Origin: Tubulanus polymorphus
Taxonomy: Eukaryota; Animalia; Nemertea
Direction: 5' to 3'
DNA length: 64,000 nucleotides
NCBI RefSeq assembly: GCF_964204645.1
Contig: NC_134029.1
Span: 7,590,850 to 7,654,849, forward strand
This document shows positions 1 to 13,832 of this stretch, piece after piece. The position numbers were made by a program, and so were the translations under genes. Under the pieces are notes generated by a model. It saw nothing but the letters and a program-made list of their open reading frames with translations, was not told where the DNA came from and searched no databases. The number at the start of each line of letters is the position of its first letter. The first letter of the stretch is position 1.

Positions 1-304
1 GTTAATATGATTCTATTTTAGACGAAACCCGTTTATCACGATGATTTCCAGCATATCCCAGCTAACATACAGTATTTATATAAATCTATAAAGCTTTGGA
101 TGATATGATGATACTTTTACCCATCAGAATAAACGAGGTTCCACTGTACTGGTTAAAATTCTATATAACATTGCATTCTTTTACTACACATAAAGATCTG
201 ATAAATCTACATTTGTCTTGTTGTTAGCGTATGTACCAGTGCAGAGGATTATAGGAATAACAATTAGAGACCGGTATGGGTATTTCTATCAGTAATATAC
301 GTAC

Positions 305-3300
305 TTCCTTCTTGTCCAGCTTTAGCCTGTTCAGTAGACATTGTCCTCACCACGTCTATCACCTCCCAACGCGAAAGTTTCTTTATTTCCACATCGGGCA
401 CGCCAAACTTCTTCAACAGCGCTTTTGCGTCTTTCAAATTCAACCGACGCAAATCGGCGTCAGTTCCCGTGACAGTTCGTTTGGCCGGTTCTTCCTCGAT
501 TTTCTGTTGTTCTCGTTGCTGAAATTGATTCATCAAAAAGTATAGACATTTCCTACGTAGTACCATATACACCGGCTATCTCATTAACCCAATCCACTCC
601 AATACAGTTCCTCATAGAAAATCATTACACTCATTATGACTACAAGGTAACTGGTAACAAGGTGTTGAATAAGGGGAATATCGCTAGAGTGATATATCTA
701 CACTGAAGTGCGGCGTATTGTTAATTACTCATGTTTCAATATACTTAACAGGTGCTTCCATCTTTCAAAAGAGATAAAAAGTAATTACCAATAACATCAC
801 CCCGATGCAGTGGACTAGCAAAGTACAAAACCAATTTATACATAATAATGAAACCAAAGCTTTTCAGCAAGATGATAATACTTACCTTCTGTTGTGAAGG
901 TTTATTGGGAACCTTCACGTAAGAGAAGCCCTCTCCGGTACCGGTAGGATCCGCTACACCATTAAGAGCTAATAAACACTTTCCTTTCATGGCTGCGATG
1001 AATGCACGTGTAGTATTCCATGGCGCTGTGCGAACCTAACGGTAAATATTCAACACAATCAAAACTTAACATCAAATTGCAAGCAGCAGTCTAGACTGGC
1101 CAATACTTATTATGAGGAACTTTTCAAAAACTTGGCTGTTATTTCTATGCTAGCCACTCTTGTACGATAAATATGGTACCTACTATGAAATCAGCTCCCA
1201 CGCATGTCCCTTAAGCGTTTCTAAATTTTTGAATGAATGCCCTTTTTTAAGTTATAAATAGTTCTAACGGATAACACATTAAGGAATTTTGTCAAATAAA
1301 ACCCCAAAAATACAGATCTTCCTTTTCCCAAAATACTATGTTTAAAAAAATCTCAGCAAATGCTCGACTCCACAATTCGAATAAACATTGATTGACCAAC
1401 TAACCTCATCATCAATTTTCATCTGATTTTCATCATCATCGTCGTATTCAGGAGCAAACAATGATTTTTCCCCGTAGCCTGCGTCCTACACGAAGACAAA
1501 TACAGACAAAAGACAATGAGTACCGTACGCAAAATCTATGATGTAACTTCACGTTGAAATGCGCGAGCTAGAAACCTTCAAACGTTGCTCAGCTGCAAGC
1601 ATACTGTAATATCCGCAGCATTGTTCCGGCGATACCATGGCCCTCATTTCATCTTCCGTTGGCAGACGAAAGTCGGCCTTCAACACCCACCAATTAGAAT
1701 CCATTCCTAGATGAACAAAATGTAAGAAATATTCCGGTGATATTTGCTCGATATAAGCATAGAGGTCTGGGGCAAGTTTCTGAATGGTCACTAAATTATC
1801 CATAAGTGGTCTCAAATCTCATAAAGACTGGTTTAAAGCTGATATACATGTAGATTGAACCAATATTGTCTTAGACTGGGATTAAATCTAAGCCTTCACA
1901 GTAACTGACTCATGGTTGCTATTCAATAATCTGCAACTGCTGTAAAACCATTGATGTCGCATGAACTCAAATAAAGCGTTAACTACCAATATGAACAATG
2001 AATTGGTTTTTGGAATGATAAAATGGAACTAAATAAAACTCGAAAATATTTCAACTAAACTGAAAATCTGGAAATGATGGTTGTAGAGTATTGGACTACT
2101 CAAATGATACTTAATGTCGACAACCAAAGTTACAATAGAAATTAGGATGTTACTATGATGTACAATTCAACCGACATTTTTATTCTAAAATAACATCATC
2201 ATCATTATCCAGGTAAAAGGAATGATACTTAATAGAAGAACCATTATTGTTGTAACAACCTGCTCTGATCGTTCTCCAATTATCTGAGAGAAAATGCGAA
2301 ACCATAAAACTAATAATGAAAGTTATTTGCATAAGCCATACGACGTGTACGCACATACAGTTAAGGGGTGAAAGTTTTGAAAAAGACATCAGATGGTCCA
2401 CCGAACAAATCGAAATCCGAAATATGGCGAGAAAAAGTTTGAGCAGAATTTTTCCAAGTTTATGGTATTCAGTGATGAAGACTTGACCGATTAGTTTTAC
2501 ATATATGTAGGTAGCATAATTATAGCATTTGTCTATACCTGTAGTGACGGTATGTCAATGAAGCAACAAAATGCTTTTTGGGGCAAACCATTTAAACAGT
2601 ATTGATTCGGAGCTGCCAACTATTCGTACCTGTTCTCTTGAAATCTGCGCACAATTTCAAACGTTTCCTGATGCTACTCTCAGAATGCGATGGAAACGCT
2701 TTCTTGATGTCGTCCATTTTGATCCTCTTAGGATTGTCTTTACTTTTCATGAACAAACGATATATGAAAACCTAATTGAGAAAAACATTTCTTCAAAACA
2801 TGAAGGCCAAGGGTTTGTCCCAATAAGTAAAAGTACGTTTCACTGAGTGGGTCTAAAATCTGAACTGATCAATCTCAAGCTGCGGGAACTTACTTGAAGA
2901 AAATCTCTGATGAAATTGTTGGCACGTTTTGAATTCGGTCCGGGGACCTCGTATTGGGGGCATTCCTGACCGACGCAATAGATAGAATTCACTTCACGTA
3001 TGTGAATGCTGTAAAATAAAACACGCTGCGTTTCGTTAATCAGACATACATTCAAAATTTCATGTCATACTAATCCCATTATTCCATGTTCATAACTTAT
3101 TATTATAACGATATTAATGTAGCTACCAAACCACGGATTTTACCCTAAGGCTAATTAATACAAATACAGGTTTTAAAGACCGTGACCTACAGTTCCCAAT
3201 TTTTAATTAGAGCTAGCTAGTACAAAAATTTCTGATTGAGCCTACTTATATCTAAAATGAAAGCGGTCTCAGGATTTCATTAAAATATGAATGAATCGAC

Positions 3301-6300
3301 TGAATCAGAATGCCACTTCTATTTGATTTTCTTGTTCCTGAATATTCCCCGGCATGTACGTTAACCCTGAATTGATCTGCTAAGAATCCAATCAATCAAC
3401 ACATCCAATACATAAGACTGACGGAAACGGTTTGAATGATTTTATACGCAATTATGAATCTTTTTTTCAAAATCATCATAAGGTAATTCCCCGTCCCCTG
3501 ATCTCACTGATATGCCCCTGTGTATGTGCGTACCTGTTTCGGTTGCGAATGAGAAGGAAATCTGTATCGGGAACACGGTGTTGATAGATCGGCGCTCTGA
3601 ACATGTTGTTCTCTAGTGCTTGCAGACATTGGCCGGGTTTTAGAGAACCGAGGAACGGCGACGTGTGAGCGTACGCTAGTTCGCCGTACTCGTACGAAGG
3701 AGGCGTGTTGTCTTTCGTTCCAGGTTTCTACGAGGAAATATAGGCAATAAATATCCGTAAATTAGGCATTTTTACTTCCCACGCACGGTGATGAATTTCT
3801 GTCTGTGTTTGCAGGTAACTGTAATTTTTTTTCATAATCAAATCGCCCTGGGCCTAGACAAGAAACTCGGCAAAATCCTGATTAGTTTTTCTTCGGATGG
3901 TGATAATCTGTAGAGAACACGCGGGGTGTGTAGTACAGACAGCCGATTGATAGCTCGAAATCGAAAATCAAACGATCTTATATTCTCCTTACCCGTTTGT
4001 AGTGGTTCTTTATTTTGGTTGCCATACCGACTTGCATGAGAAGCGGTGGATATTGTTCGGAATATTCGGCGAGTATAATCTCGCCGTCCATTCCCGTTAG
4101 GTCGTTCATCGTACGCATGAAGAACACCTCACCGCCTCCCGACGTCAGTTTCTCTTGTTCTCTCAGCTAAAAAGATGCAAATAATGAAGCACCAGTCGTA
4201 AATTCATTACAAATCTCAACAGTCACTACAGCGCCCGCATCACTTTCATATCCCAAATAAAGTTAACTCCTTCTAAATCTATCACTTGATCCCAGTAAAA
4301 GCATTAATTCGATGGTTTTGTAAGTTGATCAAGATTTCATTCAATAAAATCGTTCAGAAATCGTTTATCAACTAAAACCGTACGGAAATACGAACCTTCG
4401 CTTTGCGTTTGATATTTTTCAGTAAAGGTTGAACGGGATGCGGTCCATTTGAAGACATCGCGCCGTGCGAATACTTTTTCAGAGGTGGACGATGAAAATG
4501 GCGCAGTTTCATCGGTCCGAGATGCGTTGGGAAGAATGGCTGTCGTAATTCTAACGAGGGAATCGAATGCTGAAATTCATGAGTTAGAAATTTATTGAGA
4601 AATTGATTGCTTGGGTAGATTAATAGTTCAGCTAAGTTCTCTCCAACATAACTACATCTTAGAAATAATGAAATGAATTAAAGAACCAATGCCCATAGTT
4701 CCACAGTCGTGACTTAGGTTCTAAAGTAGTCTATCAGACCAAGATGGTCTTAGGCTGATGTTAAATCTAAGTCATGAATGAATGTGCGCAAGGCCCAGTT
4801 GTTGAAATGTTGGTTCAATGTCTTATGTTATATATAGGCCTACTGTGCTAACAATGCAGTTTTAATTTTCATCACAATGTCATCTGCTTTTAGGAAACTG
4901 GCTCTGACTTTCACTACCTACCAATTGTTTGAAGGAATGGCACGTACCTGTATTAGAGTTCCAGCTACGTTAGATCGTAACGCATTGTCCATAGATTTCG
5001 GCAGGTAATACTCATCATTAGACATATTGAACGGATCTTTGTTGCCAGAATTGGCCGTCTAGAATATAAGATATAAACAAAGTTGAAAAATATCTATTAT
5101 CCAATACCCCTCGGCCAGTTAACATAGCAATCCTATTTCTATCGTAGAAGATCCATTTTCACCAGCTCCATTCCCTGAATTATTCAGTAATTACTATGTA
5201 CCTATTGCCAGTGTAAAATCACAAGATTTGTAATTGATTAGAATAATCTACCTCTTCATCGTCTTCTTCCTCTTCTTTAATAATTCCAGCTTTACCGAGC
5301 AAAATCCTTGACTTACGAATTTCCTAAAATCATCGATAGGAAGATACATGAATTACTGACGTTCGGCGCAAGTGCGTGGCATCATTACCGATTCAAATAA
5401 ACAGAAGTTCTATGTCGAACCTTTTCTTTTTTCGTCGTTCCACTTTTTTCAGAGATTTCTTTCGGATCGCGATCATCAGGAACGCCTAATATGATATTAT
5501 CGTCGTTCATGTCCAGCGTTAAAACTATTGGCCGCGGTAACTTTTCCATATTCTACGAATCATTTCATAAATACAAAGAAAACAAAAGAAACACACATTA
5601 ATTCAGACCAAATGATAAGCGAAAATTAAACTTTTATGGTTGGAAAGACAACTTTTTCATATCCAATATTTTCTTGGCACAGTATTATAAGCAGTCACAT
5701 GAAATTAAAATTGGTACTTAGGTTAAGAAAAGAAATTTCATTAAACCTCCGCAGACCTTGTAAGCATTCGCGCTTTGTTTTTAATTATCAAAAGGGGCTA
5801 GGCCAGAGGAGGCTCAGCGGTAACAAAAAAATCAAAACATTGCATAGCAGCAGAAATTGTTCACTTGAATACATGCACTATTTTGATTTTAGAGATGTGA
5901 CTGCACTGGTGGTTACCTCAATTACCTATACTAACTAACGAACTAACAATTTTGATTGTCTCTTATACCTGAGAATCCCATATAATATCGTCCTCCCATC
6001 GGTAATACAGCAAATCCTGATTTTCAATCGGAAACATGCTGTACCACGTGTCATCGTCGCAGTCGGTAGTGTTCAGATCTACGGACGGATTTTGTCCCGA
6101 GATGATTTGCCCTTTCTGCATGATCGGCGGCATTTTAGCTATCTGTCGGTTCAACTGAGTAGCCATAGGGTGACCACTTCTAACTGGAAATACAAACGTT
6201 CGACCGGTCAACAATTGGAATTCGATAGTAATGAGGACCTCGTGCCACCAGCTATCCCGTTCCTGGACGCACATTTCCACAGGACAACCCGATCAAAATC

Positions 6301-9300
6301 TAGTTAATTTCCAATGAACTTTCATCATCAAGATTTTCTGCCTCCCAAATAAAATAGAAGGCACTTCATGTCTCTCGATAAACTCTTCAGGTATCAAATA
6401 TGGCGCAATATTCAAGCAGAATTGCCTCTGTCGATGATAGAGTCAAAGAACTCAACGAATCTATTGATTTCTATGAAACCGGGCACAGAATTTGTGCATA
6501 AGTGAGGTAAACACACTTACTTGATTGGTGAAATTGGGCTGCTGTACGAATAGTTGAACTAGGAACCCAGCCAGCGGACACGGCTCTAAGTTTGTTCGAT
6601 TGTAAAACTTTTTGACGACATTCTTCGCCGTTCCAGATGATATCGTCCTCCCATTGCACCTGAGTGACCATGTGAAATACCTCCTCGGGTAATTCCACTT
6701 TCGGAACTTCAGCGTAGTCGGTCGGCTCCGGTTCCGGTTCTGGCTCCATGTTTTCCTGAAATAAACAATTGAAGTATAATACAGTTAACCCTTTCAGGTG
6801 ACATACGTCCCAAATCCGGTAACTAATGTGCCATAATTATATTTGCTGTACTTCCTGATATCATGAGTAAAACGAGACAGAGAGCAATTGATAGGTTGAC
6901 TTGTTTATCTAGAGTATGAGCTTTCGTTAGGTGAACGATGAAGCTACTATGCATAAGTAGTGAAAGCCCATATCTCAAATAAACACGTTAACCTATTAAG
7001 TACCATCCGTCACGTCCATGCAAACAGGACAAACTAGGGGTCCAGGGACACCATGCCCACTTGGGAAATGGTTTCAAACGCTCAACAATCTAACAATTTC
7101 AATATTCAACGCCCCCTGGTGACCATTTACAAAAACCAACGACCTTGAAACTCACCAAAATCATAAAACATGTCAGCAGCTACGATTTTGTAATTGATTG
7201 TGATAACAAAATATGCCTCGTTACCAATTTAATATGGAAATACTAAGTCATTCTACTATTCAACGCCCCCTGGTGACCATATTCAAAACCCAATGACCTC
7301 GAAACTCACCACAATCATAGAACATGTCATGAACAACAACTTTGCAATTGATCATGGTAACAAAATATGCCTAGGTACCAATATAATAAGGAAATACTAA
7401 GTTATTCTACTATTCAACGCCCCCTGGTGACCATATAAAGAAACTAATGTCCTTAAAACTCACAACAATCATAGATGATGTCATGAGCTACAACTTTCCA
7501 ATTGATTGTGGTTAAAAAATATGCATAGGTACGAATATAATAAAGAAATGCTAAGATATCGTATTATTCAACGCCCCCTGGTGGCCATATACAAAATCCA
7601 ATTACCTTGAAACTCACCACAATCATAGAACACGTTATGAGCTACAACTTTCTAATTGATTGTGATAGCAAAATACGCTTAGGTATCAATATAATGTGGA
7701 AAAACTTTTTCCCACTTACGAATGAGTACTGGTGACACCAAGATGGCCGCCAATTGCGTCATAATTGGCTGATGAAAAATACCTGTCTGAGGTATAAAAC
7801 ATCCCTTTCCAAAGAATACCCATCACTAATTGCAATGAGAAATGGTAAACCAGTAGGAAGCTACAGGACTCAGAATTCGGGCAAAAATTAACATTTTTGG
7901 GCACTAAAAAGGTCATAGGACGGCCATCTTGAGTCCGACCGACCCAATTTTTGTTTCGTTGATGGGCCCTGGGGGATTCATATATATCCGAAAGATCAAG
8001 GTAATTGATCGAAGCGTCTTCAAAATTTCCCTCAAAAAGTTCAAAAATGTGTAAAAAGTGCTGATTTTGGCGAACAACAATGGCTGCCAGTCAGCCATCT
8101 TGATTCTGACAGGGCCAGTTTTTGGGCTGACGATGTGTCTAGGGTAGATACATGTGTAACCCAAATATCAAGACATTACCTTGAAGCATCTTCAAAACTT
8201 CCCCAAAATAACTGGATTCCGTCTACGGACGGACGGACGAAAAGTGAACGCAATAGCCCGCTTGAATTAACTTATTTGGCTAATTAAGCAAGCTTGACTA
8301 AAATCGGAAGTTTATTCATTTGTTACTTACAGATTTCAGTTTGAATCCGTACGTGTAATCATCACCGACTTCATCTACGCCGTACATATCGTACCACAAA
8401 GCAGCAGGACCGTAACGCCACTGCGCTACACGCACTCTATCATCTTCATCTGTATTGACGGATTGTTTCTCGCGAGCTATCAACTGCTCTTCGGGTAACA
8501 ACATTTTTTCCTACAATATCGGCGACGTCAAACATGTCAACAATGATGGGTCAGTTATTCAGTGTGTACCTTGATTATGTACCGGGTTACCAGAATCCAC
8601 CCACTACCAAATTCCATAATTAGAAATTAAATGAAAGCAAACCTCGTCATCTGACATGCATTCCTCGGGCAACGGTTCACGTCCGAAATTCAGTTTCAAC
8701 AATTCATCTTCAGCATCCTCACTCTCATCGTCCTCTTTTTTGATATCGGCATCTTCACCTTCTTTCTTCTCATCCTTTTTCTTTTTCCTCTTTCTCCACA
8801 CATGTGGAACGTGGGATGGCTTGAACAGTTTAGAGAACCGCAATACCTTCGAAAGCGAAAATAATGATACCGTCATGACCATAACACATTTCTTCACAAT
8901 CCTGACCTGAGGAATTGCAAAAAAATTTGATATCTCATTCGTTCTAGCTTACCTTATTTGGACTAAACTCGGGGAAAACCTCTCGGACATTGACGTTTTT
9001 AAACTGGTCCGGGACCATGTCGCTCAGAGGAGCCCTTTCAATCGGCAAATCAGCCACTGAACTAGTGGACGGGGCACATGTCTCCCATCGTAACGGAGCC
9101 ATATCCCTTTCATCGTCATCATCATCGTCATCATCATCGTCATCATCATCATCGTAGTCATCATCCTCCTTCCCTGCAAATTTTAGATTCGAGGTTCATG
9201 TATCAGGTTGTTTGTTTTTGCAGTAAAACTTGGATAAAATGAAAAGCGTGGATGCCTGTTCATCAATAAATCCGATTTTCCAGTTCATTTTCCTTTCAAA

Positions 9301-12300
9301 ATCTCATTAAAAGCTGGATTTCGGATACGATTTAGTTGGATGCAAATATCTTTATCGTCAAAATTCTAAAATAATTAAATTCTGGAAATTCTTGCTGGAA
9401 AATGATGCAGCGCAAGATTATTTTCGTAAGAAGAAACTTGTTGTACGCGGCTATCTAGTAAACCTCATCATACCAGCTAATTACCAAGACTAGGTTTCAC
9501 AGAATAGAGTTAAATCTAACACACAATTGTAGAGCTGGATCCAAATATTTTCATTAGAATTGTTAATTTGACTGATACTCTAAATGGCATTACACATATC
9601 TTGTGTAGTGAAGGTGTATGAAAAGGTTATTCTACTGTAGGCATCCATAGAAGGGAGATCAGTTGTTCAATACATACCTATCAAAGGCGCTTGCATCGTT
9701 TTCATAGCATCTTTCACTTTTTCCTCTTCATCTGCTAATTCTTGTATATCGGAATAATCCACGGCAGTGTCTGCTTTTTCTAAATAAGCGAAATACTTCA
9801 AACTGACAACGCTTGCTCAATACTCTTAGCATCGGGCATTGATTGATCAAGTCGACTTAAATGAAATAACGATGTTACCTTGTTCGTCTTCATTGTCTTT
9901 ACTGTGCGTCTCTTCATCTTGACTCATTCCTTGAATTTCCTTTACCAGATTCACGATAGGACCTACTTCGCTCAACTGGTCTAAATGACGCTTCGATTCC
10001 TGTAAAAATACACTTCAATAAACAGAATTCTACATTGAATACAATACATTCAAACCTTTCATGCATCCATTTACCTAATTAGGGGTCTGGGGACAGCTTC
10101 CCCACTCGGTGAAATGCTTGACAATCTGACAATTCAATATTCAATGCCCTCTGGTGAATAAATACAGTAACTATTCTCAGACTCAGGCTTGAACTCAAAC
10201 TCCAAAATTCCAATGCGTTATTTCCGATTGCATTAGCTAGATTTTGTCAAGACAACTTTTTGAATTCGGCCTTGTTCCTGAGTTATGAGGTCATCTTCAA
10301 GGTGATGTCAATGAAAAACAGAGGTTTTAGTGCCTCTTTGCACTAGTTGAAGTTCGCCCTGGAGGGTCTTTTAAAAAGCCCCAATGTTTGTCCCAAGGTA
10401 GGATCCATATTGCAATAGTTTTAAGAGGCAGGTTTAAATACCTGTACTGCAGGTGTCACAAACTACAAATTACATTAATGCCCTTTGTTTAAAACTAATT
10501 CCTATGATCCAAATCCACACTAAACAGAAAGAAAATCCACTTAGAACCATTTAAATAAAAATGCAGTACTTAAAACACTCGAAGTCGATGAGGAATAGTT
10601 TTAGTTCACGCCGAGCTTAGAAGGAACTGAGACTTCGAACTGAGAACAGACGGAATTCACCTGGACAGAATACAACTAGCGAAATAGAGAGAACACTTTG
10701 AAATATCAAAATGGAAACAAATTCCATGATTAAGAATAAAGATGAAAGATTAACAGCGAGCGGCGCAATGCTGACAGAATCGAGACGTCTCCTCGAAGTC
10801 AACGAGAAATTGATAACCGAAGGCGGCGGTCAACGCAAGTTCGAATTTTGTGGAGAAAAATTTGTTAATTTCCGCGACGTTTTCTACCACCCGGGCTACG
10901 ATTCGATCGCGCTGAATTTACCCGCAGAGACAGTAGAGGGCGCTAGATTACTAGAAATCGGATGCGGAACTGGTTGCATCGGCGTCGTTCATTACTTACG
11001 TAATAAATCGAAGCTTAGCTACGTGTTGGCAACCGACATCAACCAACAAGCTTTAGAGAATACTGAAGTTAATTTCGAGCGTTACGCCGTACCGGGGGAG
11101 GTGCGATATTCCGACATTTTCGAAAATATTCGCGAAGATGAAAAGTTCGATTTGATTTTCTGGCACGCTCCGTATTACATCTCCGATCCGAACACCAGCG
11201 ATTTAACGATGTTGGACCGAGCTATGGTGGACCCCGAGTACGAGGCGATCGGTCGTTTTATAGCTGAAGCCCGCGGACACCTACGCCCGGGCGGGAGGGC
11301 GATATTCGGTTTCGGAAGCGACTACGGATTCGTCGAAATTCTCCACGACAAAGCGTCAAAAGCAAATTCGAGGCTGGAGAAAATTTGGGGCAAAAAATTG
11401 AATGTCGGAAAAATGTTCGAAGAAGCAGAACTGTGGCAGGTTTTACCGATCAGCGCCGAGTAACTTAACAAATTTCTGACTATGATTTTCATTCGGATTT
11501 TGCTTTGTCTTTGATGCATGATTTTTAAAGGTGCTGGGCATGTATTTATGTTACATATCTTATGTTAGAAATAGTTATTGAATATATCCTATTCAAAACT
11601 GGCATTCTCTCATTACGTTGATCTAATTACATTATAATGTTAAACCCTAGATCCGGTTCTAAAGTTCTGAGTTTTTATTTGAATCTCGAGTTAAAAACAT
11701 TGAAAATGAACTGACTTTAACTTGGAGTTACTCTAACTCTTAACTGTGGAACCGGGCCCAGGGCTTCATAGTGGTTGGTTAAGCATAACAATACAGTCCT
11801 CTCTATAGATGTGTAACCTTAGTTCATATCATCGTTTAAAAACTTGAAAGTGGCAATAGATATCCAATAGGTATCGCTGCTATTCATTCAAAACAAACAC
11901 AGGAAGCTCCGCAGAAAGAGGTTGCACATTTGTCAGCCTTCCCTCTCCCTCTATTATTCTCTAATCGGAGATTTTTGTGATGACTCGGTATTTATAAAAT
12001 TTAAACTGGGGGTCCAGGGGCACCATGCCCACTCCGGATTGTGGTTTTCAGGGGCACTTACTATGGCAAATCATGCCAAATGAGGGCACTTTTACGTCAA
12101 ATCCATGGTATGAAAAGACACATACCCTTTTACTAGGGCATCTCCAAGGGGCACAGACAAAGCTTGACGGTGTAGGCCTATTCCAAAACCTAGGGAACCC
12201 CCTGGATCCGTCCCTGTAATCAACGCCCCCTAGTGAACATATTAAGAAACAAATGACCATGACCAGGTACCAATACAATATGAAAATACTAAGTTATTCA

Positions 12301-12741
12301 GCTATTCAACGCTCCTTGGTGATTTAGCTGTGAAGTCTTAGCAATCACTTTTTAAAGTGTCCTGGTAAAAATGACTGTCTGATGTAGGCCCAAGTACTTC
12401 ATTTTCAGTTCAATTTTGTTTTAAGATTGAAAATTAATTGGAAAAGATGTTCTGAAAACACATGTGAATATCAAAATTGGAAGAATGCCGATAAAGTTCC
12501 CAGGCAGAAGGGGCTGGCCCGAGCTGCAGCAGATTGGTAACATTGATTATCAGTCCAGTAGGCTATGCAATAAAGGGCCTACTCCTTATAGACTAACCTC
12601 ATCAAGGAAATCCACTTCCAAACCACCATCTTTATCGATATTACCGAATAAGAATCCAGTCAATGGTTGATTGTGGTGACTCGTTTCGGACTGGTGATCG
12701 TCACTGTTTTGATCGTAATGATGTTCATCATCGCTATCCAT
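305..12741 (-). CDS. TAF1: Transcription initiation factor TFIID subunit 1, N-terminal and central part; gene continues beyond the left window edge
   Basis: Hand-spliced GT-AG exons with consistent phase: 12598-12741, 9879-9999, 9678-9779, 8953-9173, 8643-8846, 8331-8510, 6521-6755, 5969-6183, 5421-5552, 5252-5323, 4948-5058, 4396-4569, 3993-4166, 3534-3727, 2894-3008, 2630-2771, 1576-1706, 1405-1485, 886-1035, 305-518. TAF1 motifs: [10 protein letters not shown] (TAND), [79 protein letters not shown]. Confidence 0.96.
7031..8285 (+). mobile_element. Non-autonomous Helitron/Helentron-type (HINE/DINE-1/pearl-like) element with a tandem core and (GGAC)n microsatellite
   Basis: Starts AACTAGGGGTCCAGGGACACCATGCCCAC, contains four 154-bp core repeats, and has (GGAC)n at about 8227-8239 near the 3' end. 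This layout matches the pearl/DINE-1 class. Related fragments lie at about 10080-10158 and 12004-12322. Ends are approximate. Confidence 0.6.
7104..7720 (+). repeat. Tandem repeat, 154-bp unit, about 4 copies
   Basis: AACGCCCCCTGGTG recurs at 7108, 7262, 7416 and 7570, an exact 154-bp period. Confidence 0.9.
10080..10158 (+). mobile_element. Degenerate 5' fragment of the 7031-8285 element family
   Basis: TAGGGGTCTGGGGACA...CCCACT...ACAATCTGACAATTCAATATTCAATGCCCTCTGGTGA aligns with about 7035-7122. Confidence 0.6.
10711..11463 (+). CDS. Intronless class I SAM-dependent methyltransferase (HemK/PrmC/MTS-like, 250 aa), nested antisense in a TAF1 intron
   Basis: Uninterrupted ORF with motif [10 protein letters not shown], acidic motif [21 protein letters not shown] (at the position of the HemK-type NPPY motif) and [10 protein letters not shown]. 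It lies wholly inside TAF1 intron 10000-12597. Confidence 0.85.
   Translation: METNSMIKNKDERLTASGAMLTESRRLLEVNEKLITEGGGQRKFEFCGEKFVNFRDVFYHPGYDSIALNLPAETVEGARLLEIGCGTGCIGVVHYLRNKSKLSYVLATDINQQALENTEVNFERYAVPGEVRYSDIFENIREDEKFDLIFWHAPYYISDPNTSDLTMLDRAMVDPEYEAIGRFIAEARGHLRPGGRAIFGFGSDYGFVEILHDKASKANSRLEKIWGKKLNVGKMFEEAELWQVLPISAE
12004..12322 (+). mobile_element. Truncated copy of the 7031-8285 element family
   Basis: AACTGGGGGTCCAGGGGCACCATGCCCACT, then CAACGCCCCCTAGTGA and GGTACCAATA...AAATACTAAGTTATTC...TATTCAACGCTCCTTGGTGA core sequence. Confidence 0.65.
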
Positions 12742-13832
12742 TTTACCACTACTGAAAAAAAAAAGATGTAGGCCTAAAACATTGAATGATAATCTAGTTT
12801 ATCCAAACTTTTAGAATGATCATTCCAGGCCACTCAATGGGGTACCAGCACTTGCCAGATGGCGCAACAAAAACATTGGGTTTTTAGAGATTTTAGATTA
12901 TTTGTAATGAAAATCAGTTCATTTTCAATGAAATTTGAACTTGATTTTTAGGCTTCCAAAATCCAAATCAAAAAATTATCAAACAAGTCATAGGATAGAT
13001 TAAGATTCACTTTCTCACTCAGTTTATAGATTTTTTTGAAAATTGATAGGCCTATAGGCTACTAACGAGAAAGGTTGATTTGAATCTAATTGAAATGTAT
13101 AAGGAAATTGAAGCATGGTGACCCAGCGACACTAGCGATCTTGATGGATTATCACTGAATCATCGCTTGCCACTGTAGCATTGCTGGTACTGCATTATCG
13201 GACCAAGTCAAATCAAGTCAAGCCTGACCAGTCAATTATTTCAAAGCTTTTTAGAGGCACTTTTGGAATGATGATGTTTAGGCTAACCCTTTAACTGGCA
13301 ATCGGTCCTGAGCAACTGACTTGAATAGAGCAGGTATTGGCCCTAGTGAACAAAATAATCACAAAATTAGTAAATATGAGGAATTTCTTGGTTTGAAGTG
13401 TTACAGTTTATTCATTCTTTATGAATCACGTAGGCCTATTGATTAAAGAAATGCGTGCCGTGGTTAATATTACGATAACTTTAACTAGGCCTACATGTCC
13501 GAATTCTCATTCCAGGTTTTTCGAAAACTTGGTCAATTCCCTGAGTTTTGCTGATTTTTTTGGAGATATTCCTGATTCCCTGAGCTTTCCAGGTTTTCCA
13601 GGTCAGTGGCAATCCTGATAGATGTTGATAAATTTAAAAGCACGTCTATTATTTTGACAGAACAAGCCGCACACCAGCAACTGGCGCCACCGAGTGGAGG
13701 TAATAAACATCACAAAATCACCCAAACCGGCGTTAAAAGCTCGGAATTTAGGCCTATCTTAATGACAATCCATTTTACATTATGATTTTTACGAAAATGC
13801 ATACTTTGAAATTCCATGTGCAGTTCACTAAC

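Noticed and set aside
7716-8164. Short ORFs inside the Helitron-type element as a transposase or Rep protein
   Set aside because: No Rep, helicase or DDE motifs; the element looks non-autonomous.
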